This document shows positions 28,831-38,560 of a stretch of DNA of 51,082 nt, in pieces. The stretch is from NCBI GenBank assembly GCA_028821785.1, contig JAPKFC010000004.1, forward strand, positions 1-51,082. The letters are read 5' to 3'. The notes under the pieces were generated by a model. It saw nothing but the letters and a program-made list of their open reading frames with translations. It had not been told where the DNA came from and ran no database searches. The position numbers and the translations under genes are program-made. The DNA comes from Candidatus Poseidoniaceae archaeon. GTDB lineage: Archaea > Thermoplasmatota > Poseidoniia > Poseidoniales > Poseidoniaceae. Position 1 is the stretch's first letter; every line of letters begins with the position of its first letter.

Positions 28831-30144
28831 TCAGAATCCTCTTGCTCCCGCAAGTGCAGTAGATAGTAACATATCTGGTTCCCAATCCATAATATTGACT
28901 CCAAGGCTGCTTAATTCGCTGATTAATACATCTCTTTCAGTCTTCATTACTTCATATCCAGTTCGGTCAAGACGCTTGGCATCAAACTCAAATTCAAGAG
29001 AAGATGGTGATAGAACAGTTACATCGAAGTTCCTTGCTCTAAAGTCGCGTAATGCATTGATAATGGTTGGATCATCTTCAAGATTTGACAAGAAAATAAT
29101 TGGGCTACCTTTGTTGATGTGCGGCATTATTCTATTTACTACGACTTGTAGTGGAATATTACCACCAGCAACTGCACCTGATAACTTGGTTAAGATAACG
29201 TATAGTTGCTTCTTTCCAGTATCTCTATCGACACTGACAACTTCATTTCCATATGTAATTACACCAACAGAGTCACGACGGCTCAAGAAAAACTTGGCTA
29301 GTGATGCTGCTGCTCTTGTTGAATAAACCAAGGCATTTCTAGAGACAGGTCCCGTTTCTGAAACTGCTCTTGAATCCACGATGATAATAATATCCGATAC
29401 AGCATCACGTTCACGCTCATTGACCATCAGTTTACCAGTACGGGCATATGCTGACCAATTAATCGATCTAAAGGAATCTCCGTCAAAGTATTCACGTAGT
29501 GAATAGAATTCTGAACCTGGACCTGGTTGTCTGATATTTACCGCACCGGTGAAAATCTTCGGAACACGAGACTTGACGAATGTATCGCTAAGGTCTTCCA
29601 TCTTAGGGAACACAAGGAAATCATTGTAGACATGCAATTCTTTTTCCTTGTGAAATAATCCAAAAGCGTCTTGGATCCTGACAGCCACAGGACCTAGACT
29701 ATAGAAGCCACGTAGTGGACATTCAACAGTGTATTCAATCAAAGTTTCACGGCGTGGACCGAGTTCCATCAAGATGTAATTTGAACCTTGTTTGATTCGC
29801 ATTACTTCAGGAACTCTATCTTTAACCTCCAAAATCTTGGCTAATGAAGAGTGGTTTTGCATTCGCAACGTTACATCTAGTTCTCCGTCTTCGAAAATAC
29901 GAGCACTAGATAATTTACGCATTGCAGAGACATTGCCCAAAGCGACTCCTTCTTCTCCCTTCCATTCATCAGCACGGCGCCCAGTACTTGAGACGTCGGC
30001 ATGGCCACCGAAAAGGGCGGCCCAGGTAAGGAAAACAAAGATGACTACGGCAATTGTAACAAGTTGTGTATTCCGTAAGGTGAGTCCAAGTAAATACATG
30101 GACACAGCCAAACTTCCCAACATTGCTGATTTACGACTCCACAT
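28831..30144 (-). CDS. DUF58 domain protein (MoxR-associated)
   Basis: RGFYSLGP...QDAFGLF, GSEFYSLREYFDGDSFRSINWSAYARTGKLMVNE and IIVDSR; N-terminal TM helices. Confidence 0.93.
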   Translation of the reverse strand: MWSRKSAMLGSLAVSMYLLGLTLRNTQLVTIAVVIFVFLTWAALFGGHADVSSTGRRADEWKGEEGVALGNVSAMRKLSSARIFEDGELDVTLRMQNHSSLAKILEVKDRVPEVMRIKQGSNYILMELGPRRETLIEYTVECPLRGFYSLGPVAVRIQDAFGLFHKEKELHVYNDFLVFPKMEDLSDTFVKSRVPKIFTGAVNIRQPGPGSEFYSLREYFDGDSFRSINWSAYARTGKLMVNERERDAVSDIIIIVDSRAVSETGPVSRNALVYSTRAAASLAKFFLSRRDSVGVITYGNEVVSVDRDTGKKQLYVILTKLSGAVAGGNIPLQVVVNRIMPHINKGSPIIFLSNLEDDPTIINALRDFRARNFDVTVLSPSSLEFEFDAKRLDRTGYEVMKTERDVLISELSSLGVNIMDWEPDMLLSTALAGARGF

Positions 30145-30179
30145 CTAAAACACCTCTTCAATAATTACAGTGTTTAAAT

Positions 30180-31316
30180 TCAAACAGTAGGCACAGGTAC
30201 TTCGCGCAAAATTCCTTGAATTATTTCACCAGATTCAAGACCCTTAATTTGATGTTCAGGCTTGAGGATGAGACGATGAGCAAGTGCAAGTTCTGCAACA
30301 CCCTTGATATCATCTGGTGTAACGAAGTCACGGCCACGAAGGGCCGCTGCTGCACGAGAAGTCTTCAGAAGTGCTTGGCTACCACGAGGGGATGAACCGA
30401 CTAGAACACGAGGATCTTCACGAGTTCTTGCTACGATTTCTACCATGTACATACGAAGTGCTGGATCGACATAGACGTCTTCACAAGCTTGTTGCATTGC
30501 AATAACTCGTTGTGGGTCAGTAATTACATCGACATCGACTGCGTCCTTTCCACGAGTAATACGGCGGGCAAGAATTTCGTCTTCATCAGCACGGTCAGGA
30601 TATCCGACGGACATCTTGAACATGAAACGGTCAAGTTGTGCTTCTGGAAGAGGGTAAGTACCTTCTTGCTCTACAGGATTTTGAGTTGCCATAACAATAA
30701 ATGGTGCTGGCAACTTGTGAGTCACTGTACCGATGGTAACTTGCTTCTCTTGCATAGCCTCAAGCAAAGCTGCTTGAGTCTTTGGTGGAGCACGGTTAAT
30801 CTCGTCCGCTAGTAGAAGGTTACAGAACAATGGTCCTGGCTTGAAAGTAAACTCTCCCTTCTTAGCATCATAGATGTTAGTACCGGTGATATCAGCTGGT
30901 AGCAAATCCGGTGTAAATTGTACACGCTTGAAATCGCAACCGAGTGCATCGGCAAATGTATTCGTCATCAAAGTCTTAGCCAAACCTGGGTAATCTTCGA
31001 ACAGAAGGTTACCGTTGGAGAGGATATTCACTAATACGTTATCAATAACGTGAGCTTTACCGATAATTACCTTTTGAACTTCCGCTGCAATCGCTGCTGC
31101 GATTGCTCCGACTGCTTGTAGGCGTTCACGGACCTCAGGTGTGCTCTGATGTCTTGGTTGGGCTGTCGCTGCTGGCATTGGGGCTGGTGCTGCTGGCGCT
31201 GCTGGTGCTACTGCTGGCATTGGTGCCGGGGCAGGAGCAGGCATAGGCGCTGCAGGGGCCACAGGTGCTGCTGGTGCAGGAACTGCTGGGGCTGCTGGTG
31301 GTGCTGGTGGTTGCAT
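30180..31316 (-). CDS. moxR: MoxR-family AAA+ ATPase with Pro/Ala-rich N-terminal tail
   Basis: EDYPGLAKT, RVQFTPDLLPADITG, LLADEINRAPPKTQAALLEAMQE and ATQNPVEQEGTYPLPEAQLDRF. Confidence 0.96.
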   Translation of the reverse strand: MQPPAPPAAPAVPAPAAPVAPAAPMPAPAPAPMPAVAPAAPAAPAPMPAATAQPRHQSTPEVRERLQAVGAIAAAIAAEVQKVIIGKAHVIDNVLVNILSNGNLLFEDYPGLAKTLMTNTFADALGCDFKRVQFTPDLLPADITGTNIYDAKKGEFTFKPGPLFCNLLLADEINRAPPKTQAALLEAMQEKQVTIGTVTHKLPAPFIVMATQNPVEQEGTYPLPEAQLDRFMFKMSVGYPDRADEDEILARRITRGKDAVDVDVITDPQRVIAMQQACEDVYVDPALRMYMVEIVARTREDPRVLVGSSPRGSQALLKTSRAAAALRGRDFVTPDDIKGVAELALAHRLILKPEHQIKGLESGEIIQGILREVPVPTV

Positions 31317-31332
31317 GTCAATTTCCTCCTAT

Positions 31333-32922
31333 TTATTTACCCCAACGTCGAATTTGTGGGATTATTTCCCTTAGTTCTTCGTTGGAGTATGCACGGTTGC
31401 TGCTGATCAATTCAACCAATCGTGGGTCGCGGACTAATTGCATTATTTCCGCTGGGCTCTTGAGCGCAAATTCATCACGCGTCAAGTCACTTACTTGTCG
31501 CACCTTAGAGAGTAATGCCTCTCTTGTGCGCATGTGGTATTGCGAAGCGTCTACTTTCTTAGGACGTTCGCGGAAGCGTGTTAAATCGAAGACATGTCTC
31601 CAATTCTCTTTCTCTGGTACAACCATGATTGCGATGGATAGGAGTGCAAAGAGATTGAGAATAATCAACCACTTCAATACTACATCGCTGGTAAGTAATA
31701 CGATTGCTCCCATGGCTTCAGTAAAAGGCATGCTCAAAGCACTCGAAACGTGTCTGCTCTCATCGAATACCAAATTAAATTGGTCTGGGTGGCTAGTGAT
31801 GGTTGTTGACATCTCATCGTTATCAAATTCCATCATATCATAAATCAATGCTGAGAAATATTGTGAATTACCATTCCATTGAGTATCGCCTTGTGAAGCG
31901 GATAGTCCATTGCTTGAAGTACTCCAGCATTTGTGATTATTAGCAACATAAAGTGTTGAAGTACATTGTTGCTTTCCGGTTTCACCCGCAAGATCAAGAT
32001 CCCATAGATGGTTTGCGAATACTGAATGGTCTGAAACGAATACGATACTTCCGGTTACTGAAACTTTACCAACATTGTTGTTAGGTTTTTTATCTATAAT
32101 ATCGCCACTTGTTACCGGATAGTCAATACGAACGATAAGTCCGGTTTTACCTTCACCCAGAGTCGGGTTGTTATCATCATTGACATCCATGGAATTACGA
32201 GCGACGAATGCAGGGGTTGATGCGTGTGCTAATACACTGATTGAACGACCAGTATCAGCTTGTTCATCCAATACTTGGATAGCTGTTGGGCGGTGGAATA
32301 ATACTGGCATTCTACAATTGCTGATTTGCGTATTATCAATCATAGCTTGGCTGCAAGGGATTCTAGATTCATCTCCCATTTCAGTTACATCTCTATCAAT
32401 ACTTGCAACCGCCCAAAGTCTTCTTTGGTCTGGCTCCATGCGTTCACCTTTTTCATCTGCAACCTCATAGTATTGGTAAGGATCTACAACTGGTGCATCG
32501 AAATATTTGACACCGAACTCTTCAGCAACCAATTGTGCATTGGTACTGTTTGCTGCAAGAATGACTTTTCCGCCTTTGTTCGCTACAAAGTCGTACATTG
32601 CTGTTGCTTCTGCTGAATCAAAGGGTTTCTCAGGCGCGACGATGACCAATAATGTGCGGTGAGGTTCTTTCCAATCATTAACAAGCATTGGAGTAGACAT
32701 TGTATTAGCAACATTGTAGCCGAAACCGCCGTCTCCTAAATCGGAGCGCATTACAGTTAGTTGTTGGTCGGAATGTTCTGAACTGTTATCGTATGGAGAA
32801 AAGACAGTGTCTTTGTCAGAAGAAACTAGTGCAATCACCACTGTAGACAGTAAAAGCGAGGAAATTAAACCGGCCATCAGCCATGTTTCAAGACTGAAAC
32901 GGGAACCTTCGCTCTCTGCCAT
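31333..32922 (-). CDS. Membrane-anchored DUF4350/GldG-like protein
   Basis: TM at each end; FSPYD, LVIVAPEKPF...FVANKGGKVILA, IVFVSDHSVFAN and LVFDESRH; start MAES at 32922. Confidence 0.7.
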   Translation of the reverse strand: MAESEGSRFSLETWLMAGLISSLLLSTVVIALVSSDKDTVFSPYDNSSEHSDQQLTVMRSDLGDGGFGYNVANTMSTPMLVNDWKEPHRTLLVIVAPEKPFDSAEATAMYDFVANKGGKVILAANSTNAQLVAEEFGVKYFDAPVVDPYQYYEVADEKGERMEPDQRRLWAVASIDRDVTEMGDESRIPCSQAMIDNTQISNCRMPVLFHRPTAIQVLDEQADTGRSISVLAHASTPAFVARNSMDVNDDNNPTLGEGKTGLIVRIDYPVTSGDIIDKKPNNNVGKVSVTGSIVFVSDHSVFANHLWDLDLAGETGKQQCTSTLYVANNHKCWSTSSNGLSASQGDTQWNGNSQYFSALIYDMMEFDNDEMSTTITSHPDQFNLVFDESRHVSSALSMPFTEAMGAIVLLTSDVVLKWLIILNLFALLSIAIMVVPEKENWRHVFDLTRFRERPKKVDASQYHMRTREALLSKVRQVSDLTRDEFALKSPAEIMQLVRDPRLVELISSNRAYSNEELREIIPQIRRWGK

Positions 32923-33012
32923 TTCAAAATCTCCATAGGTATTCGCACGAGCAAAACTCAATACAAGCATTCGTGGGAACTTCGCTCTACTCATAATGGT
33001 TTTCCATCACTG

Positions 33013-33031
33013 CGCAATTTCAGAAATTGCG
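33013..33031. promoter_or_regulatory. Perfect palindrome upstream of the DUF4350-MoxR operon
   Basis: CGCAATTTC-A-GAAATTGCG: 9 bp arms, 1 nt spacer, intergenic. Confidence 0.45.
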
Positions 33032-33159
33032 TTGTGTCCTGTTTTCAATTCTTTTGTCGCCAAATATGCCGGAATACGGAAATCATGCGGCGGAAATTCG
33101 CGACGGCGGAATGTGGTTTTATTGTTGGCTAAGAGCATACTTTCCGATGCAAAAGTCCT

Positions 33160-34107
33160 TCATTTCTCGACGCGGTAGAAAAAGATTGTAAATAGAAGTA
33201 TTAAAAATAATTCATAAAATCCAAGCCATGCTAAATTGCTAGAATTTTCACTCAAACCATCACCATTAGATGAGCCGCCATTGGATGACTGGTCATCCAC
33301 AACAATGTCAGCAGCCGATACATGGAGGTCAAAGGTTACCGAACGTACTCTTTCATCGCCTTCGGAAATTACCGAAAATGTAACTTCGCAAGTTCTGTCT
33401 GGGTGACTAGCAGAAGCAATAAATTTGACATTGAACCCTTTTGCAACATTGTTGTCTAAATCAGTAGGTTCAACAATTAAATTGTTAAACTGGTCTAATC
33501 CTTCTGCTTTGAGATTTGGACAACTTCTGATTTCAACATCAGCACTTGTTACCGCATCCCCACTATTGCCCCAGTTTGAAACTAGGACTTCAACCTCAAT
33601 CCAGGTATCTGAATACATGGTTTGATCATCAAGACTATTTGGTTGAAGATTGAAAATCTCAGGCAATTCAACTCCTGCTTCAATCTCTTGAGTGGATACT
33701 GGTTGGTCAGAAACTACTTGTTCAGCAATTAATGTTAGGACATAAGCTTCAGATGGACTGAAACTGCGAATCTCGAGTTCACTGTCTTCTGTCAATGTGA
33801 AAGTGAAGCTTAGATTCTCCCCCCCTGCAATCGTACCAGTCTCTGGCCCATCAACAATAAAGGGGATATCCGAATCCCATTCTAACTCGAAAGCAACATT
33901 TAACTCACCTTGGCCTGTGTTATCGATGTAAATCACCAACTCACCAGTAATATCCCAATCAGCCTCCATCTCAACTTCATAATTTCCATCAACATTGGTG
34001 ACCCACCCTAATTCCCAGCCTCCAAATTGGGCGGATGAGTTAATTGTAATAGGCATCATCAGCAAGATAAAAATTGCTAAAATTGTTTTACCTCTCGTAT
34101 GAATCAC
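33160..34107 (-). CDS. Secreted acidic beta-sandwich protein with C-terminal membrane anchor
   Basis: Signal peptide, two Ig-like segments (IDNTG, VSNWGN), S/G/N linker, TM helix and RVEK. Confidence 0.72.
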   Translation of the reverse strand: MIHTRGKTILAIFILLMMPITINSSAQFGGWELGWVTNVDGNYEVEMEADWDITGELVIYIDNTGQGELNVAFELEWDSDIPFIVDGPETGTIAGGENLSFTFTLTEDSELEIRSFSPSEAYVLTLIAEQVVSDQPVSTQEIEAGVELPEIFNLQPNSLDDQTMYSDTWIEVEVLVSNWGNSGDAVTSADVEIRSCPNLKAEGLDQFNNLIVEPTDLDNNVAKGFNVKFIASASHPDRTCEVTFSVISEGDERVRSVTFDLHVSAADIVVDDQSSNGGSSNGDGLSENSSNLAWLGFYELFLILLFTIFFYRVEK

Positions 34108-34116
34108 ATAACCACC

Positions 34117-35094
34117 TCATTGTAAAAAACCTTCAATCGCTCGCTTGGCTAATACACGAACCATTTTTTTCCTATATCTTGGAGTCAGTGTAGTATTGTT
34201 AACTGGGTTGATCGACTTCTGAATCGCTACTGATAGTGATTTCACACTGTCTGCACCGTTCCAACCAGCAGCTAACGCCTCCGATACTTGTTCATCATGC
34301 ATTTTTGGTATTGATTCTAAAGCAGTCGACGCTATGAGCAGTGACTTTTCATCACCTGCAATCCATGATGCGGCAACTCCTGCCTCTGGGAAATCCCATG
34401 AATCACGAACGCGTAATTTTTGATAGCAGCCAGTTCTTTGTTGCGACTCTTTAGGAAGTGTTACTTTGAGCAAAAACTCACCTGCTTCAAGGACATTCTT
34501 TTTCTTACCATCCAATTGATAAAAGTCACCAATAGAAACTTGTCTTTGTCCTGAAGGACCAACAATGTGTACTACTGCTTCGAGAACCATCAAATTAGGA
34601 GCGAGATCACCTTGGTAAGTTGCAACACAGAGTGTATTTTGATTAGGAATTACTCTGCAATCAGAACCCGACCCACAATCTGCTTTATGACACCAATCAA
34701 TGCTACGTCGCCAATCTTCGCCTTGGTTATACCAAAAACACCGAGTATCCAGGCAAAGGTTTCCACCCATTGTTGCATTCTTTCTAATTAGAGATGAGGC
34801 GACTTTAGAAGCTGCTTCAACAATCAATGGATGTGCACCATTGGCTATTGTCAAATCTGATAACCGAGCCATACAACCAATTTCTGTAGCAGAAATCACA
34901 TTTGCACCTTCTATTTTTGCAAGAGAGATAACATGCGGCTTAGTGTTAATATGCCATTTGTAATTTGGAATCAAATCAGTTCCACCGGCAACCCAATCAA
35001 ATTGTTGGCCATCTTCAAGTAATTGCTTTGCAATCTCACATGCTTGTTCAACATTTGATGGATGATGTAGGGTAAAAGGAGGCATTAGCATCAA
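34117..35094 (-). CDS. Xanthine-oxidase-family FAD subunit with Cys-rich [4Fe-4S] insertion (HcrB-like)
   Basis: AGGTDLIPN, RKNATMGGNLCLDTRCFWYNQ...WRR...WCHK...DCRV...CVATYQGD and YQKLRVRDSWDFP. Confidence 0.88.
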   Translation of the reverse strand: MMLMPPFTLHHPSNVEQACEIAKQLLEDGQQFDWVAGGTDLIPNYKWHINTKPHVISLAKIEGANVISATEIGCMARLSDLTIANGAHPLIVEAASKVASSLIRKNATMGGNLCLDTRCFWYNQGEDWRRSIDWCHKADCGSGSDCRVIPNQNTLCVATYQGDLAPNLMVLEAVVHIVGPSGQRQVSIGDFYQLDGKKKNVLEAGEFLLKVTLPKESQQRTGCYQKLRVRDSWDFPEAGVAASWIAGDEKSLLIASTALESIPKMHDEQVSEALAAGWNGADSVKSLSVAIQKSINPVNNTTLTPRYRKKMVRVLAKRAIEGFLQ

Positions 35095-37895
35095 TTATCA
35101 CCTTCCAGTTCACGTTGTTCTTTTTTGAGCCAGGCTTTTCCAGCAAATCCAAGTTCTGCTAATTGCTCAGGAAGAGGCTCTGTTGCTGCCCTCCAACCCT
35201 CCACTTGGTCTTCTAGAGGAATATTAGGGTCAAAGCCAAACAATACTCCGTTAACATATGCCGAGGTATCGTCACTTCGTTGTCTTGCAATATCTCTTAC
35301 CTTGTGCTGAACTGCTCTTTCAACAACAACTTGTTGCATGGCTGAATGAGTTAATCTCGGACTTTCTAATTCCAATGGGTCGTCAACAGACTGTGCCTTC
35401 ATTTTCTTTTCAATTGCAAAATATACAGTATCTGGTGTCAATGGTAAATCATTGATTCTAATTCCTATTGCATCATATACTGAATTTACAACAGCAGGCA
35501 ATATTGGCAGAAGCGGTCCTTCGCCTGCTTCTTTAGCACCGAATGGCCCTTCCGGGTCACACGATTCTACAATGATCGGTACAACATTAGGCATTTCATG
35601 AACTGATGGAATCTTGTATTCTAATAAATTAGCATTCTGTAAATGCCCTGTTCGACCATAGACCATTTCTTCAGAGATAACTTGTCCAAGTCCCATATGG
35701 CAAGAACCGATTATCTGTCCTTTAACAGCCAAAGGGTTCAATGCTCTACCACAATCATGGGCTGCCCAAACATTTGTGCACTTTATCTTGCCCGTTTCAA
35801 TGTCAACATCGGTTTCTGCAACATATGCAGAGAATGAATATGCAGGGGCTAATCCTGCTGCTGCTCCTTTGTGAACCCCACCCATAGGAGGGGAGCGGTA
35901 GGCTCCACTAGAGATTAGTGCACCTTTATCTTCTTGGGCTTTGTGTAATGCTTTGAGATAAGAAACACCAATCGATGGGTCATGCTTGTAGTAGATTCTT
36001 CTATCGTTTAGAACAAGAAGGTCAGGATGGTATCCAATCATTTCCCAAGCAGCATTTAGCAACTTATCTCTAATCCCAATCGCTGCACGGATTGCAGCGT
36101 TTGCGTTCATAAAAGTAACACGGCTGGAATATGAACCAAGGTCAACTGGGCTGGTATCGCTTTCATGTGAACGAACATGAATCATTTCAATCGGTAATGC
36201 TAATACTTCAGCAACCACTTGTGCTATTGCAGTAGTGGAACCTTGTCCAATCTCTGCTGCACCGGAATGAACTGTAACGCCGCCATCCATATCGACTTGA
36301 ATATGCACTGTTGCATGTGGGAACTTGTTCGGATCCCAATGAATCGGTAGCCCTGAACCACTGATGAAAAACCCACAACCAATTCCAATTCCTTTACCAA
36401 GAGGTAATTGTCTAAACTTATTGTCCCAATCAGAACCTTCTCTAACCTTCTCAAGTGCTTCACGCATACCATTACTGGTAATCCTGAATCCACTGATTGT
36501 TCTGCTATGTGGTGGCAAAAGATTGGCTAACCTCAAATCGATTGGATCAACTGATAAATCCTCAGCCATTTGGTCAAGTCCAACTTCTACCGCACATCTT
36601 GTATTGACAGCACCATGGCCTCGCATTGCGCCACTTGCTGGTTTATTTGTCCAAACTCTTGCACCAGTATAATGGAATGAGCCTAATTCATATGGAGCGG
36701 TTGCTAAAACTCCATTGTAGTATGAAGTGACGTGACCAAAACTAGCGAATCCTCCACCATCGATTAAAGCATCAATATCAAAACCAGTAATTCTTGCTTC
36801 TTTATCCGCACTCATTTTCACTTCGATATGACTTGGATGTCGCCCTCTATTGATCATATAGACTTCTTCTCGATCAAATGTAATTCTAACAGGGCGACCA
36901 CATTTTCGCGACAATAGTGCCGCACACATCTCGTGAGGGAATGGGTCTGATTTTCCACCAAATCCGCCACCTACAAAGGTTCTAATGACATTTATTTGAT
37001 GCATTGGGACTGATAAGACTGTTGAAAGTGCTCGATGTGTGTAGTGAGGTACTTGACTTGGAGTGTACAATTGTAAACGCCCATTTGGACCCCAATGTGC
37101 GACTACTGCATGAGGTTCTGTGAAACCGTGATGTACTCCTTTCATGGTCCATTTGTTATGATTGCTGGCTGAAGGTTTGTCAATTAAACTTCGGTCGCCG
37201 AATTCTTGGAATACTCGCTTTTGAACATTGGTCTTGGCGAGGTGGTATTTCCCTCTCCAATGAATCGGTTCGTCGGCATCTTCCAAACCTTTCTTTGGGT
37301 CAAAGACTGGTTCAAGTTCTTCATATTCTACTTCAAACAAAGACAGGGCATGTAGCGCTGTGGCATCATCAACCGCTGCCACACAGGCTACTAAATCTCC
37401 AACGTGTCTGACTTTATCGACCGCCATTGCGTGTTCATCTTTTGTTACTGGCAGAACACCGAAACTGATTGTAGAATCCTGCCCAGTTGCTACAGCCAAT
37501 ACACCTGGTAAAGCCTCAACTTTACTAGTGTCAATAGAGATTACTTTAGCGTAGTGATGTGGTGAGCGTAATATTTTTGCAACGCATTCATTTGGCAATC
37601 TTACATCATCGCCATACCATGCTTGACCCGTTACTTTGGCATTGGAATCTACTAATTTCATTGATTTACCAACGGTTGTTCCGGTTCTGATCCTATCGTG
37701 TACATGAGCACCTGCTGGTTGCTTTTCACGACCCCCGACCATCTCTGGAATGAATTGCAAGTCGCGCTTTGCCATTTGTGGCCGTGAACCGCCGGAACCG
37801 GGAGGTGGGAAAGATTGCTTTCCCGCAACGCGCTTACCATCTTTGCGAGTGATGTTACCTCCACCACTTGGCTGTTGTTTGTATCCACCTGACAT
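35091..37895 (-). CDS. Xanthine-oxidase-family molybdopterin-binding large subunit (HcrA-like)
   Basis: KVTGQA, LRSPH, QVPH, VGGGFGGK, AMRGHG, EIGQG, LGSYSSRVT, GQIIG and GPFGAKEAGE. Confidence 0.92.
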   Translation of the reverse strand: MSGGYKQQPSGGGNITRKDGKRVAGKQSFPPPGSGGSRPQMAKRDLQFIPEMVGGREKQPAGAHVHDRIRTGTTVGKSMKLVDSNAKVTGQAWYGDDVRLPNECVAKILRSPHHYAKVISIDTSKVEALPGVLAVATGQDSTISFGVLPVTKDEHAMAVDKVRHVGDLVACVAAVDDATALHALSLFEVEYEELEPVFDPKKGLEDADEPIHWRGKYHLAKTNVQKRVFQEFGDRSLIDKPSASNHNKWTMKGVHHGFTEPHAVVAHWGPNGRLQLYTPSQVPHYTHRALSTVLSVPMHQINVIRTFVGGGFGGKSDPFPHEMCAALLSRKCGRPVRITFDREEVYMINRGRHPSHIEVKMSADKEARITGFDIDALIDGGGFASFGHVTSYYNGVLATAPYELGSFHYTGARVWTNKPASGAMRGHGAVNTRCAVEVGLDQMAEDLSVDPIDLRLANLLPPHSRTISGFRITSNGMREALEKVREGSDWDNKFRQLPLGKGIGIGCGFFISGSGLPIHWDPNKFPHATVHIQVDMDGGVTVHSGAAEIGQGSTTAIAQVVAEVLALPIEMIHVRSHESDTSPVDLGSYSSRVTFMNANAAIRAAIGIRDKLLNAAWEMIGYHPDLLVLNDRRIYYKHDPSIGVSYLKALHKAQEDKGALISSGAYRSPPMGGVHKGAAAGLAPAYSFSAYVAETDVDIETGKIKCTNVWAAHDCGRALNPLAVKGQIIGSCHMGLGQVISEEMVYGRTGHLQNANLLEYKIPSVHEMPNVVPIIVESCDPEGPFGAKEAGEGPLLPILPAVVNSVYDAIGIRINDLPLTPDTVYFAIEKKMKAQSVDDPLELESPRLTHSAMQQVVVERAVQHKVRDIARQRSDDTSAYVNGVLFGFDPNIPLEDQVEGWRAATEPLPEQLAELGFAGKAWLKKEQRELEGDN

Positions 37896-37899
37896 GACA

Positions 37900-38478
37900 T
37901 CACCTAGCGTGGCCCGGAGGCATTTGTGGTTCTTCAGGACCGGATGGATGTGGGTCTGGATGTGGTGAACTCGCTGGCTCCCCAGCTTCTACTTCGCCTC
38001 TATGAATAGCCGCTGCTGCCTGAATAGATTCTACAATTTGTTGATATCCGGTGCATCTGCATAGATTTCCTTCAATTGCAGTTTTTACCTCTTCATCTGT
38101 TGGGGAAGTATTTGTATTGAGCAAAGATTGTGCCGAAATAAGGAATCCCGGAGTACAAAATCCACATTGAGAGCCACCATACTTTGCAAAACAATTCTGA
38201 ATCGGAGCAAGATGTGCGCCGTCTGCAAGACCTTCTACGGTTGTGATTTCACATTGTGAAACTTGTCCAGCGAAAGTAAGACAAGAAAGTTGTGGTTGCC
38301 CATCGACCATTACCGTACAACAGCCACAAGTACCCAAATCACAACCCCTTTTCACTCCTAAAGTGCCTACTTTATCTCGTAGCACATCGAGTAGTGTTGC
38401 ATTAGATGTTGTGAGGATTTCAACATCCTCTCCATTGACCTTTGCTGACCAAATTTCCTTAGCTCCAACTGGTAGCAT
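37900..38478 (-). CDS. Xanthine-oxidase-family 2x[2Fe-2S] small subunit (HcrC-like)
   Basis: GCDLGTCGCCTV, QCGFCTPG and GNLCRCTGY; start uncertain (ORF open to 38535). Confidence 0.94.
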   Translation of the reverse strand: MLPVGAKEIWSAKVNGEDVEILTTSNATLLDVLRDKVGTLGVKRGCDLGTCGCCTVMVDGQPQLSCLTFAGQVSQCEITTVEGLADGAHLAPIQNCFAKYGGSQCGFCTPGFLISAQSLLNTNTSPTDEEVKTAIEGNLCRCTGYQQIVESIQAAAAIHRGEVEAGEPASSPHPDPHPSGPEEPQMPPGHAR

Positions 38479-38560
38479 ATCAACATGTTCTGTCCCTACC
38501 ACGATAGTCGCCCATGGCGACCTATTGACGCCCACTAATGATGCTATTGGAAAAGTAATC

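Noticed and set aside
31165-31316. GC-rich GCTGGT-type repeats as a tandem repeat or CRISPR
   Set aside because: They are explained by the Pro/Ala low-complexity N-terminus of MoxR; there is no repeat-spacer periodicity.
32996-33178. 60 aa plus-strand ORF and a 43-codon minus-strand ORF in the gap
   Set aside because: There is no SD, motif or homology cue, so the region is treated as regulatory.
34117-38478. Aerobic CO dehydrogenase (coxLMS)
   Set aside because: The large subunit has AMRGHG rather than the CoxL AYxCSFR or AYRGAGR loops, and the FAD subunit carries an Fe-S insertion absent from CoxM.
38504-38525. GTCGCC-CAT-GGCGAC inverted repeat before the small Fe-S subunit
   Set aside because: The perfect core is only 6 bp and may lie within the coding region, since the start codon is uncertain.
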